Source: Chrysomallon squamiferum
Taxonomy: Eukaryota > Animalia > Mollusca
Assembly: GCA_012295275.1 (NCBI GenBank)
Contig: CM022677.1
Coordinates: 9,548,001-9,612,000, forward strand
DNA: 64,000 bases
Reading direction: 5' to 3'
Shown here: one piece after another, positions 57,068 through 64,000 of the stretch
Position numbering within the stretch: position 1 is the first letter of the stretch
How the letters are laid out: each line of letters begins with the position of its first letter
Position numbers and translations under genes: made by a program
Notes under the pieces: model-generated
The model's input: only the letters and a program-made list of their open reading frames with translations
Databases searched by the model: none
What the model was told of the DNA's origin: nothing

Positions 57068-57422
57068 GTTGACGTGTGGAACAGATCTCACACGATGGAC
57101 CTTGAAAACTTCGTCGACAATGGAGAATGGGAACTGCTTGGGGTCAAGGTCACCCGTAACGTTGTCGTCTACAACTGCTGCGACGAGCCATTTCCAGATG
57201 TCAGATTTTACGTCCATCTGCGCAGGCGCGTGAAATACTACTTCATGAATATCATCATTCCGTGCATTATTCTGTCTTTTATGTGTCTCGCTGGCTTTCT
57301 GCTTCCGCCGGAAAGCGGAGAGAAGATAACTCTGGGACTGTCCGTGTTGCTCACCATCACCGTGTTCATGTTGATGGTGGCGGACAAGATGCCGCAGACT
57401 TCAGAATCCGTCTCTGTTATTA
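57068..57422 (+). CDS. nAChR alpha subunit, coding exon 6 (loop C YNCCDEPF, M1, M2)
   Basis: Vicinal CC defines an alpha subunit. LPPESGEKITLG is a cation-type M1-M2 linker. Canonical splice sites. Confidence 0.96.
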
Positions 57423-57845
57423 GTAAGTTTTATAAACAAACTAGTGTAAGAATAGACTCACGTGTACATAAATACACGCACAGATATTGTCAACGAAGTT
57501 TACTAAATACATCGTAGAGACCGCTTCCACACACACTCTCACAACACACACACACAACACACACACACACACACAACACACACACACACGCACACACACA
57601 CACACAACACACAAACAACACACACACACACACATATATATGAAATACAAAATGAATGAACGAATTCATTAGTTAATAAAAACAAAACAAAACAAAAGGA
57701 AAGGAAAGAAAAGAAATAAAAGAAGGTAAAGTATTAAAATAAGTCGTTACCAAGGTAACGATAAGTTGTTTATTCATTTCTACTTTCTAATTGGTAAACT
57801 AATAAAATAAAAGATAATTAGACTGTTTATAATGTTTGTTTCTAG

Positions 57846-58417
57846 GTATTTACCTGATGGTAGTTTTGTCCCTAAGCTGTCTGTCTGTCCTGTCGTCTGT
57901 GTTTGTACTTGGCATATATCACCAAAGAGGCAAACCGAGACACGTCCCGCGCATTGTCAAGGTGATCACGTTCAACATTCTGTCTCCTATCCTGTGTATC
58001 ACGCACCACGGAACTGAGACCAGCCGTAAATCCAGCGTGTGTAAGAAAGGTCTGCGGTGGCAGAAAGTGGCCTCCGAGGAACAAGACATAATCAAAATAT
58101 CAACCATAGACCAGTCGAAAGAATATTACGAACTTTCAACCAGCTCGTTAAAAGATGACAACTACGTAGAACACAGATATTTTGATGACGTCAATCAGAA
58201 CAGTCAGACGGCGGTTGTCAAGGAGCTGATTACTATGATTCAGAGGAAACAGTTTGAAGACGTCAGAGAGGAAGAGGTGTTCAGAGAATGGCGTGACGTA
58301 GCGTTTATTCTAGACCGTCTCTTCTTCTTCATTTTCCTAGTCACCACTGTTATATCCACGATAGTTCTTTTAAACATGCGACCCCATGCAAATCTAGAAG
58401 GCTTCGTAAGAACTTAG
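57846..58417 (+). CDS. nAChR alpha subunit, coding exon 7 (M3, cytoplasmic loop, M4; alpha9/alpha10-like)
   Basis: M3 helix and EWRDVAFILDRLFFFIF M4 motif, ending in TAG. The joined CDS is 1470 nt (489 aa). Confidence 0.95.
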
Positions 58418-58612
58418 TTGTTTTATGTGTTTTTTCAGTCTTCTTTATTGTTATGAAAGTTTGAGATGCAAGCTATCTAATTACAGGTTCTTGAATAGCG
58501 TATTGAATTAATACCTGCTTTTAGCCAATAATTATGACATAGTGAAAAATAGCTGAAACTGGCAAAAACTCGACAGAATTTATATTTGTTTTGTAAATAA
58601 TTTTTAATATAG

Positions 58613-58618
58613 AATAAA
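58613..58618 (+). promoter_or_regulatory. Candidate polyadenylation signal of the nAChR gene
   Basis: AATAAA about 195 nt after the stop, followed by a GT/T-rich tract. Confidence 0.4.
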
Positions 58619-58702
58619 ACTGTCAGTTCCTACTCGTTTTTGTTTTAAATTTAGTTTTTACTTCTGTTGTGTAGATGACAAGTACAATAGTTCTGATTAC
58701 AT

Positions 58703-58791
<89 letters not shown>

Positions 58792-59836
58792 GTATAGTAT
58801 TTCTCATCACACACACACTCACACCAACACACACACACAGATATATATAATTATATATAACATAATCAATTATACAGAAATTATACAGAAATATACACAA
58901 CCAAAAAATAAAGTTTAAGAATAACATTTATAAACGAATATTACACAAGTAAATTAAGATGTAAGCTGTAGCCCATTGGTTAGAGCTCCATAATGATACA
59001 TGCTATAGCACAGTTCTACGTCTTTTCTTTTCTAAGGAAGTGTAAAGCAACGGTTCCACCCCAGTTTTCAGAACCCCGTTTGTTAGAGAGTTGTGAGACA
59101 ATGTAATTAGTTTGATTGGCTGGCCTCATATTGCTATAATGGGGTAGCCCAAAGAGCTTGGTTTTAAATAAATTCATTGTTTAATTGATGGTAACTCTTG
59201 TATTGGAGTGAGAACATGTTAGTCAGCTGTGCATTTAATGTTTCAATATTAAAAAAATACAGTGCTGTGCTCTGGACTGTATTAACTTATTTTAACTGTA
59301 TTTAACTGTAAATTCTGTTATGCGAACTTATAGTGCTGAGCTCTGGACAATGTAAATTATTTAATTATGCGTTATGTTATGCGGACTTATAGTTCTGTTA
59401 TTTTTGTTGGGCCGTGCCTATTATTCACATAGGTAATGGACTAGAGATTGTCTGGTGTCTGACAAATTGGGTTCTGACTAATGGGGGGTAAGTAATAATT
59501 TCCAGTAAGTAATAATTGGCATGTTGTATATGGCAATATCAGATTTATTTCTAATTATTTCTATTTACTAAATATACTGCAGACTGTGTTATTATACTTT
59601 TCATTCTTCCCATTTTTACTTTTTAAATAAAGCCAATACTTGATAACTCAGACTTTCTAGATTTTTTAAACGAACCGAATTATCTAACGCTAAGGGAACA
59701 AATAAGATTATTTTCAAACACAGAACTGTCTTTTATACAAATCCATATTACTAATCACGCTGTAAAGAACTAGTATATTATTATTAATTTACTTCTTTGT
59801 TATTAATTATGTACCTACAAGACCCCGATAGATTGA

Positions 59837-59915
59837 ATATTCTGATGACGTCAATCAGAAGACGGTTGTCAAGGAGCTGATTACAGTATGGAGACGTCAG
59901 AGAGAAACAGGTGTT
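59837..59915 (+). pseudogene. Decayed partial copy of nAChR exon 7 (source 58177-58281)
   Basis: Colinear shared blocks TGATGACGTCAATCAGAA, GGTTGTCAAGGAGCTGATTAC, AGACGTCAGAGAG and AGGTGTT, with internal deletions. Confidence 0.85.
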
Positions 59916-61071
59916 TTCACCTGAAATGTGTGCATGTGTGGTCGTTATATATTTGTTTATGTATAATTTAATAATTAGTAGTAGTAGTACTAGCAATAGT
60001 AGTAGTAGTAGTAATTGTTGTTGTTGTTGTTGTTCTAATAATAGTTTTTATTAGTATTAATATTTCAATAATTTATATTATTATTATCATTATCATCCTC
60101 ATTATTATTATTATTATTAATATTATAAATTTCAATTATATATAAACAGATATAATGAAAAGAAAGGCTACGTTCAGAAGATTTCACTGTTATCTGTCTT
60201 GAAGAGAAAACTACTGATGGGTTTACACAGAAACAAGACAGCTGAGATACGTGAAACTAGTCTGACATCCGCCACGTCACAAACGTTTGTTTGTTCACAT
60301 GTAAGCTATCTTCGTCATCGAGATGTTTTAAATTATTTTCTCTTTCGCCGCTTGTACGTCTGTCTGTCCATCCCTCTTTTTCTACACATACAAACAAAAT
60401 ACATTCAACACGTATATGTGTGTGTGTATATAAATACATAGATATATAGATAGATAGATATATAGACATACAGACAGATAGATAGATAAATAGATAGATA
60501 AATAGATAGACAGATAGATAGATAGATAGACATACACACATACACAGAGTTTCCATTGCTTTATATTTTGCTAACGTATTTTAGAATCAATCGGTTCGTG
60601 ACATACACCATGAACAACACTGAGTGGGTGGTGGAGGGAGGGGGGAGATAGATTAGCACAGAAGACCGAATCGAATCGACTGATCTCAAAATGACAATGA
60701 CCTGAAGCTTTCACCCGCCATCCTCTGTCCCTCATTTCCAGTAAATACTCTCAGTTTATTATGTTCCCATGGCAACGCCAGACGCCGCGAATGCGATGGT
60801 CACTGCTAAATGAGAGAAACAAAATTTATTTATCTGTCCTAGAGTTAATAATGTTGTTATAAAAATGTCCGCTTTTTGGCTTAGAAAAGAAACACGTGTT
60901 AGTTACATAACAGTAGTTGTCAACAGAGCCAAGAACTCAGCTTGTTCAGGTCAGCGCTTTGATAGGTGAGTTTTTAGTTTATTTATAATTGTAGATATTT
61001 TTCATACTAATCAGTAAATACAGATTTCTCTTTCACCATCTTCCTCTGTATGTATCTTGTGTAAATGTAAG

Positions 61072-61113
<42 letters not shown>

Positions 61114-61327
61114 CGTGTGTGAGCGTGTGTGTGCATGTGTCTGTGTCTATGTGTGTGTGTTTGTGTATGTGTGTGTAATTCTTTTCTAATTTATATGTTG
61201 CTGAGTAAAATTCTCTTACATAATAATCAATACTCAGACAAAACAAATCTCCTGTAATGATGTTCAGGCTCAACAGAAGAATTAGAGAGAACAAAGTCAA
61301 CTGGGAGCCAAGAGATAAATAAAGTGA

Positions 61328-61433
<106 letters not shown>

Positions 61434-63321
61434 CATGTTCTAACAGTGTTTAAGTTTGCTTCAAATTAATAAATAACGTTACTGTGACGCATGACAAACT
61501 CTGTTAAGAGTTTTCAGTACAAAAGAAAACACAATGTAACATTAAATTAGCTTGTAAATCAATAAAGCTGGAAGGGTTTAAACAGAAGCTTAAGTTTTAT
61601 TGTGTTATAACGAGTGTTGTAAATCTGACATAAAATACTAATAAATTAACTTAACTTGTAAATCAAAACGTCTGAAGGGTTAAACAGAAACTTTTGTTTT
61701 ACTGTCTAAACAAATTTCCTCTTTCCCTTATCTAATTAATTATGCAGTTTAATGAGATCGTCTGTAAACAACTGTTTCTAATTAATGATGGTTACTACTC
61801 TTCATTAATTCATAGAAAGACAGAAATACAAGACGTGAAAACAGGACATAACAATAGACCAACACAGTCTCTTAAAGATTTAATTTGATTTTGTTTGAAA
61901 CATATATTAATTCTTCTAGTTCGGGAAAGGTAATGGAAAAAAAATATGTTGTTGTAATTTATGTCGTTGTTGTTATTATTATAATTATTTTTATTATTGC
62001 TGTTGTTGTTGTTGTTATTGTGGTCGTTGTTGTAGTACATATAAAGAATGACAAAAATAAAGAAAAATAATGTTTAAAAAAAGAAGCTAATCCCGCCTCG
62101 TGGATTAGTTAATTATTCTTTTACTGTTTTATTTATTTATACAGTCTGTAATTTCAGTTAAATATTTATCTGTTTATAAAATTATAATCTGTTTTCATAA
62201 GATCAAGAATTTTGAAATATATAATCCCAGTTTTGCATGATTTTGACTGATTGAATATTATTTTATTTATTTTATTTTATATTGTCTATTAATATTAATT
62301 TATTATTATTAATTTTATTTTTAATTTAAAAAAGAATAAACTTTTAATTATATATCTTTTTTTTAATCTTTTATATAGTGTTTGTTTCACTAAATACTTC
62401 GCTTTTTTAAATCGATTAAAATGTATCAAATTGAGTCAAGTACAGAACACTATTGATCTGGTGTCAAATTGCGTGTTACACGTAAATGTTTTCTCGGTCG
62501 AAATTTTATTTTTGTCGATATTCACTGTTTATTGATCGCCAGATAAAACAAAGTCAGCTCCACCAGCGTTACCAGCCGCTCGTGTTTTACTGTGTCACGT
62601 GACCGCCTCAGCAGCGACAGGTCGCGAGATCAAGTCTCACAAGAGGATAAAGAACTGTTTCTCAGGATATCTTGTCATTATTGTGATGAGAAGAAAAAAC
62701 TGAAAATGTAAATAGTAAAAATAAGAATTACACACACACACACACACACATAACATAGACAAACAAGTGAATCATGTAGATGAAAACTGACTTGTAATAA
62801 AACTAACATTAATCAGCTAATAGTCAATATCACTGACGTTTATACGGTGTTATAAAATTCAGTTAGAAGATATGTTGGATACATTCAGTGTTAATGGATT
62901 ACTAGTACTCGTGAACAAAATGTGTAAGTCGATAAATATTATTTCTTTCATATCAGTTTTATTAAACAAAATATTAAAAGTCCAAATGATATGTTAATTT
63001 GCCTCCTCTAACGTAAACTAGGACAATAACAAGCAATGACATTTAGATTGTAAAAGGGAGTTTATTCAATTTTATTTTTGTTTCTTCCGGTTTGTATTCA
63101 TTCATTTTTTATTAGGAAATATAATTATTAAAATAATAATACGTGTTAACAGTTAACATATCATATTCAATATTTTTCTAAATATAATAGTTGTAGTATT
63201 TCAATACTTTATTATTACTATTGTTATTATTACCGTTTTTGCTGTCGTTATTATTATGAACATTATTATTAATATTACTATTGTTGTTGTTATTATTATA
63301 GTTGTTGCTGTTATTATTGTT

Positions 63322-63356
<35 letters not shown>

Positions 63357-63409
63357 TTCTGTTACTTTACTTTCATTCTTTCTTGCATGTGTATATTTCT
63401 TCTATATTC

Positions 63410-63725
63410 GTGTATGTGCGCGTATCTGTGTGTGTGTTTGTGTGTGTATGTCTGTATGTGTGTGTATGTCTGTGTGTGTATGTCTGTGTGTGTGTTTGTA
63501 TGTATGTGTATGTATGTCTGTGTGTGTGTATCTCTGTGTGTGTATGTCTGTATGTATGTGTGTGTATGTCTGTATGTGTGTGTATGTCTGTGTGTGTGTT
63601 TGTCTGTGTGGGTGTGTTTGTCTGTGTGTGTGTATGTGTATGTGTGTCTGTATGTGTGTGTTTGTGTGTGTGTATGTCTGTATGCGTGTGTTTGTCTGTG
63701 CGTGTGTTTGTATGTGTGTGTGTGC
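63410..63725. repeat. TG-rich compound repeat
   Basis: Mixed TG/TATG/TCTG units. Confidence 0.9.
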
Positions 63726-64000
63726 GTTCGTTTTCTCTTTCCTTTTTCTTTCTTTTCTTATTTCTTTTTTTATTTTATTTTATTTTAAATTTTGTTTCTT
63801 TTTATTTTATATATTTATTTACTTTTTTTTTTACTTTAAGATGTTCCAAAATTGAGATTTGAAATGAATAAGTAAGTAAAATAATAAGTTGACGATGAAA
63901 CATCGTGTATGGTAAGCACTTCTTGAACATATAAAAAAGTATTGGATTCGTAAACATAACGTAATTAAGTAACGAATATTTAACAAAAACTAGACAAATA

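Noticed and set aside
58964-59062. tRNA-like A-box (TAGCCCATTGGTTAGAGC) and loose B-box (GGTTCCACCCC); a similar A-box-like word occurs near 40217
   Set aside because: No cloverleaf can be folded and the spacing is long. It could be an old SINE fragment, but this needs a repeat-library search.

Overview
AT-rich, microsatellite-dense animal genomic DNA (probably a mollusc or other lophotrochozoan; this is inferred from gene content and composition). Three + strand genes can be read by hand. (1) The 3' exon of a GT11 alpha-1,2-fucosyltransferase, which runs off the left edge. (2) A complete 7-coding-exon corticotropin-releasing hormone-binding protein gene (CRHBP, 8040-32199, 300 aa, all 10 mature cysteines present). 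(3) A complete 7-coding-exon alpha-type nicotinic acetylcholine receptor subunit (43824-58417, 489 aa). Just after CRHBP lie a decayed Tc1 transposon and an internally deleted TIR element that keeps a PHD-finger ORF. The introns hold many unrelated minisatellites (21-37 bp units). Almost all other ORFs in the supplied track are simple-repeat artefacts. I found no CRISPR array, no RNA gene and no clearly new multi-gene system. The most unusual signals concern splicing among repeats: a GAG acceptor behind an AG-free tract of about 680 nt, an intron bracketed by complementary (TC)n/(GA)n, an array of about 55 donor-like sites, and a probable intron starting 1 nt after the CRHBP stop codon.
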